Virus record (IMG/VR): IMGVR_UViG_3300046787_000390
Location: 32,001 to 96,000 of that record
Length of the DNA stretch: 64,000 nucleotides
Direction: 5' to 3' (one strand)
Origin: a virus
Part shown: positions 9,894 to 18,926 of the stretch, one piece after another
How positions within the stretch are numbered: position 1 is the stretch's first letter
Layout: each line of letters begins with the position of its first letter
Notes under the pieces: model-generated
Databases searched by the model: none
The model's input: only the letters and a program-made list of their open reading frames with translations
Told to the model about the DNA's origin: nothing
Position numbers and translations under genes: made by a program

Positions 9894-10856
9894 ATGAGTA
9901 CACAAGTTCAATACCGCCGAGGCACAGCAACACAAAACAATTCGTTTACAGGTGCCCTGGCCGAAATTACCGTGGATACAACTAACTGGACATTACGTGT
10001 TCATGATGGTGTAAGTGCAGGCGGCGGTGGCAACATTGCTACTGTGGCGTATGTAACAGCTCAATTAGCTGCATTAAGCGCCAACGCTATTACTTTTGGC
10101 ACGTCAAATGTTCAAATTCCTAGCTCGGGTAGTAATGTTCGTGTTAACGTAGGCGGAACTTCAAACGTGGCAGTTTTTACTACCACTGGAGTAGAGATCA
10201 CAGGCGATCTAAGCGTCAGCGGCAATGCTACTCTAAGCGGTAACATTTTAGGCGATAGAGTACAAAACGGAACTACGAGTATTGATATTCAAACTCCAAG
10301 TGGTAATGCAAATATATCAATTGGCGGAACGTCAAACGTTGCAGTGTTTAGCACCGCTGGAATGACTATTAATGGTGGTATTACTAATGGTGGTGCAAAC
10401 GGTGTTGGTAATATCGGTAGCTCAACCACTTACTTTAACACTGTGTTTGCCAAAGCAACTTCAGCACAATATGCTGACTTGGCAGAAATGTATCAAGGCG
10501 ATGAATCTTACATGCCTGGTACAGTAGTTGAGTTTGGTGGAACACACGAAGTAACAATAACAACAACAGAGTCGAGCACTCGAATCGCAGGTGTTGTTTC
10601 TACTAACCCAAGTTATCTCATGAATAGTGGACTTGATAATTTAAATGCAGTACCAGTGGCACTAACAGGAAGAGTTCCGTGTCAGGTTCTCGGCCCTGTT
10701 AAAAAAGGCGACAGGCTGGTGAGTAGTGTGTTTCCTGGAGTTGCACAGGCTCTAGACAACAGCACATATCAACCAGGCTGCATGATTGGAAAATCATTAG
10801 AAGATTGGTCGGATGCATCTGTTAAGCTGATAGAAGTTGTAGTAGGAAGATTATGA
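9894..10856 (+). CDS. short fibre/appendage protein (Mtd_N/hyaluronidase-type N-terminus, C-terminal YADLAE chaperone domain)
   Basis: MSTQVQYRRGT...FTGALAEITVDT...LRVHDG start; C-terminus paralogous to that of 2618-7204 (both end IEVVVGRL). Confidence 0.75.
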   Translation: MSTQVQYRRGTATQNNSFTGALAEITVDTTNWTLRVHDGVSAGGGGNIATVAYVTAQLAALSANAITFGTSNVQIPSSGSNVRVNVGGTSNVAVFTTTGVEITGDLSVSGNATLSGNILGDRVQNGTTSIDIQTPSGNANISIGGTSNVAVFSTAGMTINGGITNGGANGVGNIGSSTTYFNTVFAKATSAQYADLAEMYQGDESYMPGTVVEFGGTHEVTITTTESSTRIAGVVSTNPSYLMNSGLDNLNAVPVALTGRVPCQVLGPVKKGDRLVSSVFPGVAQALDNSTYQPGCMIGKSLEDWSDASVKLIEVVVGRL

Positions 10857-11518
10857 TCTCTGAACGATATCGCAAAGACTACACTGGCGAATTTATTATC
10901 CTGAATACATCTTGGTCAGGTGGGAAAAAACGTACCCAACGTGAGTGGATGCCAAACCCTTTGCAAAATCATCACATCTCTGGTAGAGCAGCATGCATTG
11001 GCAGCACTGTTGATCGAGTTAAATTTGATTTCACAATGTTGCAAAATCACAAAGGTGGTCTGCTTGGTAGTAAAAAATTGCAAACTTATGGTGTAGGTGA
11101 AGTTGCAAAAACAATGCGTCTTGATTTTGCTATTGAAAAAGACGACGCTATCTTACACGAGTTGTTTGACTCTGGGTACTATAAAAATAATACCATTTAC
11201 ACTACCCCAAAAAATTGTATTAAACACCCTGGAGTGTTTTATATTGTGCCTTACAATCCGCCAATGGTTACTGAAGTTTTGTTAGCATATATTGCAGCAT
11301 TTGATGGGCACAAGGAAGTATTTTTGTTAGGCTACCACGAAGGTGCAAATATTGGGCAAAGCAATTGGGTAAATCAAATGAGCCAGGTGATAGAAAAATA
11401 TCCATCGACTCATTTTTATCATGTGTCACATGCTCCACAAACACCCAACGAATGGAAAAATTACAGCAATTTTTCTCAGTTAACTCATCGAGAGTTTATA
11501 CATCACGCTGATGTATAA
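10853..11518 (+). CDS. divergent CstII/Maf-like protein (paralogue of 3-518)
   Basis: LAYIAAFDGHKEVFLLGY and W..Q...V...YP.T.F..V match the 3-518 protein; ATGA overlap with the upstream gene. Confidence 0.5.
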   Translation: MISERYRKDYTGEFIILNTSWSGGKKRTQREWMPNPLQNHHISGRAACIGSTVDRVKFDFTMLQNHKGGLLGSKKLQTYGVGEVAKTMRLDFAIEKDDAILHELFDSGYYKNNTIYTTPKNCIKHPGVFYIVPYNPPMVTEVLLAYIAAFDGHKEVFLLGYHEGANIGQSNWVNQMSQVIEKYPSTHFYHVSHAPQTPNEWKNYSNFSQLTHREFIHHADV

Positions 11519-11940
11519 ATCTTCTTTAACGAATTAACTTTTTCCTGAACCACATCAAAGTTTATTGTAGACCAAAGTCCTGGATGCAATGGCTTTGGCC
11601 AACTGCCTGCACTAATCCACGCCCATCCACTGTGCTCGTCATTTAATGTTGGAATAAACTCATTTGCAATTGTGCAAAAGAATGTGTGGTATACAAATTT
11701 ACCGTCTGCAGAAGTAAACTTTTCTAACGGAATTAGTTTTTCGTAAACAGGGACCAATCCCATTTCTTCGACACATTCTCTTTTGATTGCATCTATTAGT
11801 GTTTCGTTGCCGTCGACTTTGCCACCAGGTAACCCCCAAGTATTTGGGTGTCGCGGATCGTTCCTAAGTAGATACAAATATCTGTCAGTTGATGTAGAAT
11901 AAAACCAAACGCCCACTGCGTTTATAATACCAGACTCCAT
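11503..11940 (-). CDS. NUDIX hydrolase
   Basis: Nudix box GGKVDGNETLIDAIKRECVEEMG; start at ATG 11940 is uncertain. Confidence 0.85.
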   Translation of the reverse strand: MESGIINAVGVWFYSTSTDRYLYLLRNDPRHPNTWGLPGGKVDGNETLIDAIKRECVEEMGLVPVYEKLIPLEKFTSADGKFVYHTFFCTIANEFIPTLNDEHSGWAWISAGSWPKPLHPGLWSTINFDVVQEKVNSLKKIYTSA

Positions 11941-13316
11941 GTGCCTCCGGGGTAAAGTCCCTGATAACTCTTGACCCAACTACTACCATTCCATTCGTAC
12001 TGCAATTCAGTAGTTAAGTTTGTTACATATTGTTTATTCAAATCGCTGTTCGTGCTGTTAAAAACAACAACCCATCTTGCACCGTCGTATTCGACAATAT
12101 CATTTGATTTTGCAATTAATATTTGCCCTAATGTGCCGGCCCAAGCGTCGGCGTAACTGTTGTCGCTGCCAGTGGACTCAGTTAACAAGTAACGCTGACC
12201 AGTAGATGCCGCTGGTATTCCAATACCAGGGCCATTGAGTAATGGGTTGATTACTGCATTAACTGGGCTTAGTGTGTTTGATGGTACAGTATCGGCGTCT
12301 ACAGAAAACAACAAGAATCTATCATCGGTTGGATCGTATGCAACAGTACCAATAACTTCAGACCCGTCTTCCTGTTCGAGTTTTACAGTACTGATACCTT
12401 CTCTAAGCACGCCTAAATCCCCAATCACAGCATGCCACAATAGATTACTGTCAGGAGAGTCTGCTGGAGCTAGACTGGAATTAGATTGATCAACAACTTG
12501 TTGATTTCTTAGAGCTTGCAGTTTGTTATTGATTAACAAGACTTGATAGTTGAACGGAGTAAACACCTGTCTAGTGCCCATTAACAAATCATTGTCAGTA
12601 ATTGCAACTGATGCATCGCCGTTAGCATCAAACACAGAAGCAACAATACGTTCGACCACTCCGAGTTTCTTGACTTTGGCAGGTGATGTAATCCAGATTG
12701 GAATTTTAAAAGTTAGTGTAGCAACATCAATAGGATCTTCGGTGCCCACTGGGATAGTCCTGCTACTCCACTTTGACGATTCTAATTCAACTACAGACAA
12801 CGAAGTCCAGTCAATAAAGTTATCAGTTGATTGAATTTCCAATGCTGGATTAAACAGTGGAATAATTTGTTCAAGCAGTTGAAACTTTTGGTTTGTGTTT
12901 GATGTCCAAATGTCTAAGTTAATTGTTAAACTGTAAGGAACAGGCATTAGACGCTCAATGGTAAACGCATTGCCTTGCGTAGTTTCATAAGTGTCTGTGG
13001 TAGTGTCGTAATAGCGTTGACGAACATTCATTTTACTCACATGGTACGGCTCTTGCATACGAGGACGATCGTAGTCCAGTGATGTAATGTAAAATGTCAT
13101 TAACGGAGTTGACGGCATTGCGTTAGGCGAGTTATTTTGAATAACTGTTTGAGCTTGTCTACTTGAATCACCGTAACGAACAGGCACACGCATTAGTGTA
13201 TGCTCTGTGCCTTCTTCATTGCGCCCATACTCGACATTGAAGTTAGAAAATATTCTAGCAAATTGTAGTAAGAATCGACGAATTTGTTCGTCGTAGAAAA
13301 ATAGTGGACCTGCCAT
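11922..13316 (-). CDS. gp15: tail sheath stabiliser/tail terminator (T4 gp15-like) with C-terminal extension
   Basis: FFYDEQIRRFLLQF..IFS, VPVRYG, PVPY.L...L.IW......Q.LEQI.PLFNP motifs. Confidence 0.7.
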   Translation of the reverse strand: MAGPLFFYDEQIRRFLLQFARIFSNFNVEYGRNEEGTEHTLMRVPVRYGDSSRQAQTVIQNNSPNAMPSTPLMTFYITSLDYDRPRMQEPYHVSKMNVRQRYYDTTTDTYETTQGNAFTIERLMPVPYSLTINLDIWTSNTNQKFQLLEQIIPLFNPALEIQSTDNFIDWTSLSVVELESSKWSSRTIPVGTEDPIDVATLTFKIPIWITSPAKVKKLGVVERIVASVFDANGDASVAITDNDLLMGTRQVFTPFNYQVLLINNKLQALRNQQVVDQSNSSLAPADSPDSNLLWHAVIGDLGVLREGISTVKLEQEDGSEVIGTVAYDPTDDRFLLFSVDADTVPSNTLSPVNAVINPLLNGPGIGIPAASTGQRYLLTESTGSDNSYADAWAGTLGQILIAKSNDIVEYDGARWVVVFNSTNSDLNKQYVTNLTTELQYEWNGSSWVKSYQGLYPGGTWSLVL

Positions 13317-13319
13317 TGG

Positions 13320-14621
13320 TTAGCCTCCGTTATCGGCGTTGGGTTTAAGAATTTGTGACAAACTTTGTCGACTTGGTATTGTACCTCGGTCATTAGTTTG
13401 TACAGTATCTGTGTTGTTAACAAAGCTGGCACGAAGAGTTTTTGCATTTTCTGCAAAGTCGAGACCTGTGCGAACGTTGTCTTCAATTTTAGACCAACTA
13501 GCACCGTTAAATCTAAAAAGTCTATTTGGGAAGTAATCTAATCGTAAACAGTAGTCGCCGGAAACAGGGTTAGTCGGGAAGCTAACACCTGGAGTAACTG
13601 GCAGTCCGTTTGGAGCAATGCCGTCTCCTGTTAAGTAACTTAATGTATACCCGTCACCTCTTGGAGTAGTTCCTTCGCCGCCTAGCGTGTCATCGACTGA
13701 CACATACGAATCATCAGTAGTTAATCCAGTTTGCGCAGGTTGCCCATCTTCTGTTGTGGGCAAAATATAAAACTTCACAGTGTCATATCCACTTAGTGGA
13801 AGCTCTACTTCGGCTTGAATTAGTATAGCATCGTTAATTTGTAAATCTTTTAGTCTGGTTGATGCTTGGTCAGAAATAGTTGTAGGATTCGTCTTCTCAC
13901 TCCAGTATGTGGTATCAGTAATAGGAGTTCCTGGCGGAACATTTCTAATTGCTGTGTAATATGTATCACCGTCGAGTACAGTAGATCCTGTTGGGTAGAA
14001 ATTGCCATTGTCCCAAATGTTATCGGGTTCAAACGGCTTGTCTAGAATGTCATTGTATTCTTGTGCATTAACCAGCGGAGTCGCTTTGACACGCCAAATA
14101 TGCGGTAACCAAGTTTGTGAAAAGCCTTCGCTACCAAAGTTAGCTTCTTGGATTACATAGTAGCGAGGCAACGCTTTGTTAAGAGTTGTGTTTAACGGAT
14201 GATAGTCTATTAAGTTCGGCAACTCGAGTACATCACCGCTCATTAGCTTGCGGCCAAAAGCGTCGATCATGTTGTTGTAATGGAAGCTAATAAACAGTGT
14301 GTCGTTGTTTAAAAACAATCCAAACTGACTCAAGTTAAAATCGATGTCTTGTTGTCTGTATACGCCGCGCATGATGTACACATCTTGATCGTATTTGCGA
14401 TCACGGTTTTCGAGCAGCAACAAGTCTTCGATAAACAACGGGTTTGACTGATCGTAGACTGGTAGCGTTGCGTCAGCATCGCCTGCATCACCGGTTGCTG
14501 GCCCCATGTATTTGTGAACATACATGTCCATTCCGCCAACAGTGAACATCTCACTGATGGTACGATCAAAAAATTGATAATCGTTTGTGCGATTAGGTCT
14601 GTATAAACTTAGGCGTGGCAT
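13320..14621 (-). CDS. gp14: neck/head-closure protein (T4 gp14-like), extended
   Basis: Adjacent to the gp15-like gene; LSQFGLF, GDVLELP motifs; late promoter upstream. Confidence 0.55.
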   Translation of the reverse strand: MPRLSLYRPNRTNDYQFFDRTISEMFTVGGMDMYVHKYMGPATGDAGDADATLPVYDQSNPLFIEDLLLLENRDRKYDQDVYIMRGVYRQQDIDFNLSQFGLFLNNDTLFISFHYNNMIDAFGRKLMSGDVLELPNLIDYHPLNTTLNKALPRYYVIQEANFGSEGFSQTWLPHIWRVKATPLVNAQEYNDILDKPFEPDNIWDNGNFYPTGSTVLDGDTYYTAIRNVPPGTPITDTTYWSEKTNPTTISDQASTRLKDLQINDAILIQAEVELPLSGYDTVKFYILPTTEDGQPAQTGLTTDDSYVSVDDTLGGEGTTPRGDGYTLSYLTGDGIAPNGLPVTPGVSFPTNPVSGDYCLRLDYFPNRLFRFNGASWSKIEDNVRTGLDFAENAKTLRASFVNNTDTVQTNDRGTIPSRQSLSQILKPNADNGG

Positions 14622-14627
14622 AACTGT

Positions 14628-14633
14628 TATTTA
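14628..14633 (-). promoter_or_regulatory. late promoter for the gp14-gp15-NUDIX unit
   Basis: cATAAATA on the minus strand, 6 nt before the ATG. Confidence 0.65.
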
Positions 14634-14641
14634 TGGGTTAA

Positions 14642-14670
14642 TTGACAAGGAAAGTTTTCCGTCATAAAAT
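14642..14670 (+). promoter_or_regulatory. sigma70-type promoter
   Basis: TTGACA-17 nt-TAAAAT, 5 nt before ATG 14676. Confidence 0.7.
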
Positions 14671-14675
14671 ACAGC

Positions 14676-14930
14676 ATGGATGAACTATACCAACGAGCTA
14701 CAGATTGCGCAGAACAAATCAAAGACATAACTAATCGCATGGCTCGCCGTGATCTATTGCGTATGTTAAAAGCAGTGGACTCTGCCCTAAATCACTTGGA
14801 CTCAGAAAGCGTAGAATGTCGCAGGTTAAACAAAAGTACTAGTCGCTACGAAACGCTGAAAAAACAAGCAGAAGAGCAAGTACTAAACCTGGAAAAGCAC
14901 TTGACACTAGCACGACTAATGTACACTTGA
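14676..14930 (+). CDS. hypothetical protein (helical)
   Basis: 84-aa ORF directly after a promoter. Confidence 0.6.
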   Translation: MDELYQRATDCAEQIKDITNRMARRDLLRMLKAVDSALNHLDSESVECRRLNKSTSRYETLKKQAEEQVLNLEKHLTLARLMYT

Positions 14931-14955
14931 CCAATAATTCCCATTCTGCTATAAT
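14927..14955 (+). promoter_or_regulatory. early promoter, TTGACCAA...TGCTATAAT class
   Basis: TTGACC-17 nt-TATAAT with extended -10. Confidence 0.8.
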
Positions 14956-14961
14956 TTGGTT

Positions 14962-15237
14962 ATGAAAATAGTTAAGTTAAATCGTCGCTTCAAACAGTTC
15001 AAAGAAAACGGGCACACAGTGGCCTTGCGATTCGAATCCTATCAACCCAAGAAAATTTCTGCTTACGAAAAAGTTTGTCGGGAACGCCTAAAGGGCCACG
15101 GTTATACCCGCGAAGGGGATTGGTCCGGCTATTTTGGACATGCCCCGAACAGTAATTGTTATCGCCCATACTGGATTACATTCCGCAACGAAGCAGATCT
15201 TACTTTAGTATTACTTTCTGTTGACTTGACCAATTAA
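14962..15237 (+). CDS. hypothetical early protein
   Basis: ATG 6 nt after the -10 box. Confidence 0.6.
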   Translation: MKIVKLNRRFKQFKENGHTVALRFESYQPKKISAYEKVCRERLKGHGYTREGDWSGYFGHAPNSNCYRPYWITFRNEADLTLVLLSVDLTN

Positions 15238-15254
15238 CCAAAATCAGCTATAAT
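15226..15254 (+). promoter_or_regulatory. early promoter, TTGACCAA class
   Basis: TTGACC-17 nt-TATAAT. Confidence 0.8.
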
Positions 15255-15260
15255 ACTCAT

Positions 15261-15494
15261 ATGTATAAATTAATAAACAAAGCAGGCGCAGAACTAGACG
15301 GGTTTGAAACCCTGGATTCTGCTATGCAGGCCGCAAAGGCGGTAGGATTCTTTGTAACAATCAAAGGGCCCGACTTTGAAGTTTGCGGTTGTTTTGGAGT
15401 TGACAGCGTCAAAGACGGCAAGTGCCCAGATGGCGTTGCATATGACTGGAACAAAGCGAGCCGCATTGGCCGCGTTAAAAAGGAGCGTGTATGA
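15261..15494 (+). CDS. hypothetical early protein
   Basis: 77-aa ORF 6 nt after the -10 box; coupled to the next gene. Confidence 0.6.
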   Translation: MYKLINKAGAELDGFETLDSAMQAAKAVGFFVTIKGPDFEVCGCFGVDSVKDGKCPDGVAYDWNKASRIGRVKKERV

Positions 15495-16618
15495 AAGTTT
15501 CCCTCAAGCCATTGAATCCTCGAAGCCCGGATACCAAGTATGTGGGTCTGGAACCCACCTGGGCTATTCAGCCCACTGAGGAACGTTTTACCGCCATGAC
15601 TCGTGCATTTAGCTGGTACAACTATTTCTACGGCAAGAAGGAAGCCAAGGAATTTGTTTGCGTTTACTTAGATGCACATGACCGCACCAAGGACGCAAAA
15701 AAGATTCGCGCCCTTAATGATAGCCAAGTGCGCCTAACAACAGGTTGGTTGGCCCGTATGAGCCTCATGGGGTTGCAACTTACAGACACAGAGCAAATCA
15801 AGCTCGACAACTTGGTTAAAGAACTGCTAGAGCTTAAAGAGCAAGCAGTAGCTGAAGTAGTTGAGGATGACGGCATTCCTAAAGTTACTATTCAAGATCG
15901 TTTGCGTGAAAAAGTAAGCGAGTGTCTCGGCGAGATGGACGGCTTGTTTGACGAATTTATTGTTTCAGGTGCCAAGCTCAATGCAGACTACAAACCTGTG
16001 GTTCTAATGCGCTCACTGAACATTGCACCGCAAATGGTATCTGTTATCAAAGACACATGGACTAAAAAACTTGCTGAGTTTGAAGAAGCAGTAGAGGGCA
16101 AGGACCCTGATCTAGTTAAAGCATACGACTTCCTGACCAAAACACAGCTCAAGGCATGTGTAAAGTTCTGTGAGCTGGTGCTAAGTGACTGTGGATCCTA
16201 CGTACAAATCAAGAAAGTTGAACGTAAACCACGCAAGGTCAAAGCAGTGCCGCCTGAAAAGAAAGCAGCCAAGTTTAAGATTCAAGCAGAGTTCCCTGAA
16301 CTCAAACTCAAATCATTGCCGGCTGCACAGCTAGTGGACAAGTCAGAAGCATGGTTGTACGACAGCAAAAAGCGCAAGCTGATTCACCTTGTTGCAGATG
16401 AATATGCCAAAGTGTTTACAGTTAAGAACAATACTATTATTGGATTCTCAACTGTAGAAACAGTGCAAAAGACTCTGCGTAAGCCCGCAGAACAGCTCAA
16501 AGCTATTACAGGTGTTGGCAAGCCAGCAGCTCGTAAAACGTTTAAAGATATCAAAGCTACGGAAGTAGCATGGAATCCACGTGGTAGCGAAAACCTGATC
16601 GTCCTTCGCGTTTGGTAA
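15491..16618 (+). CDS. hypothetical phage protein (basic C-terminus)
   Basis: 375-aa ORF with AGGAG SD; no family recognised. Confidence 0.7.
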   Translation: MKVSLKPLNPRSPDTKYVGLEPTWAIQPTEERFTAMTRAFSWYNYFYGKKEAKEFVCVYLDAHDRTKDAKKIRALNDSQVRLTTGWLARMSLMGLQLTDTEQIKLDNLVKELLELKEQAVAEVVEDDGIPKVTIQDRLREKVSECLGEMDGLFDEFIVSGAKLNADYKPVVLMRSLNIAPQMVSVIKDTWTKKLAEFEEAVEGKDPDLVKAYDFLTKTQLKACVKFCELVLSDCGSYVQIKKVERKPRKVKAVPPEKKAAKFKIQAEFPELKLKSLPAAQLVDKSEAWLYDSKKRKLIHLVADEYAKVFTVKNNTIIGFSTVETVQKTLRKPAEQLKAITGVGKPAARKTFKDIKATEVAWNPRGSENLIVLRVW

Positions 16619-16620
16619 GC

Positions 16621-16646
16621 TAAATATAGGAACGGAGTTCCTATAT
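16621..16646 (+). promoter_or_regulatory. late promoter overlapping a 10-bp hairpin that covers the SD and start codon of gp13
   Basis: TAAATA 16621-16626; ATATAGGAAC-GGA-GTTCCTATAT 16624-16646. Confidence 0.7.
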
Positions 16647-17409
16647 GGCTGAGCAAAATACACTACAAGTTCTTAAACAAAATCTTATAAATTATGTGCA
16701 ACTGCAACTGGGCAGTGGCATGATTGACGTTGAACTTGATCCGGCGCACTATGAGGCAGCATATCAAAAAACTATTGGCACTTATCGCCAACGTGCGCAA
16801 AATGCGTATGAAGAAAGCTACAGCTTTTTAGAATTAGTCACTGACGTTGACACTTATACACTTCCGCAAGAAGTTATTAATGTACGCCAGGTGTTCCGTA
16901 GAACATTTGGAAATTCTCAAGGCCCGTATGCTTCAAACTTTGATCCATTTACTCAGGCATCGATGAACGTTTATCTGATGAACTTCAACGTTGCAGGCGG
17001 TCTTGCTACTTACGATTTCTATTCTCAATACGTTGAACTAGCAGGACGTATGTTTGGCCAATATGTTGTATATACTTGGAATCCAGTTACAAAGAAAATC
17101 CAGATGATGCGTGATTGGCGCGGCACAGGCGAAAACGTTCTGCTTTGGACAGACAACCTAAAGCCCGAAATCAACTTGCTCTCAGACTTCCAAATTAGTC
17201 AATGGATCCGTGACTACATGGTTGCTAACTGTAAGCTAATGATCGGCGAAGCTCGTGAGAAGTTTGGAACTATTGCAGGACCACAAGGTGGCGGCACACT
17301 TAACGGTGGTGCAATGAAAGCTGAAGCACAAACTCAAATGGATGCGCTAATCCTACAGCTAACAAACTACGTAGATGGCTCACAACCTTTAACTTGGGTC
17401 ATTGGCTAA
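16645..17409 (+). CDS. gp13: neck/head-tail adaptor (T4 gp13-like)
   Basis: LINY....LG...IDVEL N-terminus; WIRDY..A..K..IG..R.KF..I.GP.GG..LNG C-terminus. Confidence 0.75.
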   Translation: MAEQNTLQVLKQNLINYVQLQLGSGMIDVELDPAHYEAAYQKTIGTYRQRAQNAYEESYSFLELVTDVDTYTLPQEVINVRQVFRRTFGNSQGPYASNFDPFTQASMNVYLMNFNVAGGLATYDFYSQYVELAGRMFGQYVVYTWNPVTKKIQMMRDWRGTGENVLLWTDNLKPEINLLSDFQISQWIRDYMVANCKLMIGEAREKFGTIAGPQGGGTLNGGAMKAEAQTQMDALILQLTNYVDGSQPLTWVIG

Positions 17410-17438
17410 TTGACATCATAGTGTAATGCTGTTATAAT
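17410..17438 (+). promoter_or_regulatory. sigma70-type promoter
   Basis: TTGACA-17 nt-TATAAT with TGn extension. Confidence 0.85.
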
Positions 17439-17444
17439 AGCAGT

Positions 17445-17969
17445 ATGGCACACTTAATGATCGACTTAGAGGGGCTAGCAACTGGCCCAAACACATGTAT
17501 TCTCACTATTGCTGCTCAGTCCTTTGATCCGTTTGGCTCGGGACACTATGATCAGCATTACTATGCACGAGTAACATTGGAAAGTCAGCCTGATCGTGAT
17601 ATCGATGACGGCACAATTGAATGGTGGGCAACTCAGCCTGCGCATGCTCGAGAAGAAGCGTTCAATGAAGAAGGTAGAATTCCTCTAGATCAAGCACTAG
17701 ACGAATTAGGCAAACTAATATGGCATAGTAAACTGATCTGGGCGCAAGGTCCCACATACGACATGAATATCCTTGAGCATGCTTACAAAAGCTATCGCAA
17801 ACCACTGCCTTGGAAATACTACATGGTGCGAGACAGCCGCACAGTATTTTCATTGTGGCCTGATCAACCTATCCCTCCTACTAGCCACCATGCGTTAGAG
17901 GACTGCCGCAGACAAATTAGCATGCTACAAAATACACTTAAATACCTTAACGTTAAGGAACTCAAATGA
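17445..17969 (+). CDS. DEDDh 3'-5' exonuclease (DexA/Rv2179c-like)
   Basis: HLMIDLE, TIEWW..Q, WAQGP.YD..IL, RDSRT, HHALEDC..Q motifs. Confidence 0.85.
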   Translation: MAHLMIDLEGLATGPNTCILTIAAQSFDPFGSGHYDQHYYARVTLESQPDRDIDDGTIEWWATQPAHAREEAFNEEGRIPLDQALDELGKLIWHSKLIWAQGPTYDMNILEHAYKSYRKPLPWKYYMVRDSRTVFSLWPDQPIPPTSHHALEDCRRQISMLQNTLKYLNVKELK

Positions 17970-18631
17970 TTATTGGAATCTGTGGACTCATTGGCTCTGG
18001 TAAAGATACCGCAGCCGATTACCTGGTTAATTTACATCACTTTCGTAGAGAAAGTTTTGCTAACACCCTTAAAGATGCTGTTGCTCAAGTGTTTGGTTGG
18101 GACAGAACCATGCTAGAAGGGCGCACTAAACATTCAAGAGAGTGGCGCGAACAAGTAGATCCTTGGTGGGCAGAACGCTTAAAAATGCCCGAGCTAACAC
18201 CACGTTGGGTGTTACAGCAATGGGGTACAAACGTTCTTAGAACAGGATTTCATGACGATATCTGGATTGCTAGTTTAGAAAACAAACTGCGTAATACCAC
18301 AGATGATGTTGTTATTACAGACTGCCGTTTCCCTAACGAAATCAAAGCAATCAAAGCAGCTGGCGGCATTGTAGTGCGCATTAGACGAGGTGATGAACCT
18401 GAGTGGTATAGCGCCGCAGTAGCATACAATCGTGGTCCTAATGGCAATAGCCAATGGGCTGTCAGCAAAAAGAAACTGGATACTCTAGGAGTCCATGCCA
18501 GCGAATACAGTTGGATTGGGACAGACTTTGATCAGATTTTAGATAACAACGGAACTCTAGATCATTTGTATACTCAAGTTATGCATCTGGCTCGAGATCA
18601 CCTGCCTTCCACGGTGAATCAGAACGTTTAA
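17966..18631 (+). CDS. gp1: deoxynucleoside monophosphate kinase (T4 gp1-like)
   Basis: IIGICGLIGSGKDT P-loop; TPR.VLQ..GT; VITDCRFPNE; HASE. Confidence 0.9.
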   Translation: MIIGICGLIGSGKDTAADYLVNLHHFRRESFANTLKDAVAQVFGWDRTMLEGRTKHSREWREQVDPWWAERLKMPELTPRWVLQQWGTNVLRTGFHDDIWIASLENKLRNTTDDVVITDCRFPNEIKAIKAAGGIVVRIRRGDEPEWYSAAVAYNRGPNGNSQWAVSKKKLDTLGVHASEYSWIGTDFDQILDNNGTLDHLYTQVMHLARDHLPSTVNQNV

Positions 18632-18926
18632 CTTCTTCCACACAATTTAGACAAATTGTTTTTAGATTGCGCACATCAGTATTATGTAAGTTTCCGTCTA
18701 CACAGAACACAAGTAACTGAGCTGAATATCTAGCCCTGAACCCGCATCGATCACATGCGGGTTTTTTCTTGTACCCGGCACTTTGCCAACGCGGCACAGG
18801 AGGTTTTACTTTTTTGTTTTTCTTGGCGCAGGTTTCGCATCGACTTCGATAGTGCGGCACTCCGTTTTTGTGATAGTTTACTGCACAAACACGTTGCTGA
18901 CAAGCAGGGCATATAGGTCTTTTCAT
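18579..18926 (-). CDS. Zn-finger/HNH-like protein (degenerate)
   Basis: Four CxxC pairs; V..VDGN..N....NL..IC.NC; late promoter 4 nt upstream. Confidence 0.6.
   Translation of the reverse strand: MKRPICPACQQRVCAVNYHKNGVPHYRSRCETCAKKNKKVKPPVPRWQSAGYKKKPACDRCGFRARYSAQLLVFCVDGNLHNTDVRNLKTICLNCVEEVKRSDSPWKAGDLEPDA

Noticed and set aside
9894-10856. Mtd_N-like N-terminus suggesting a diversity-generating retroelement target
   Set aside because: No reverse transcriptase and no adenine-specific template/variable repeat pair in the window. The C-terminus is a chaperone domain, not a CLec fold.
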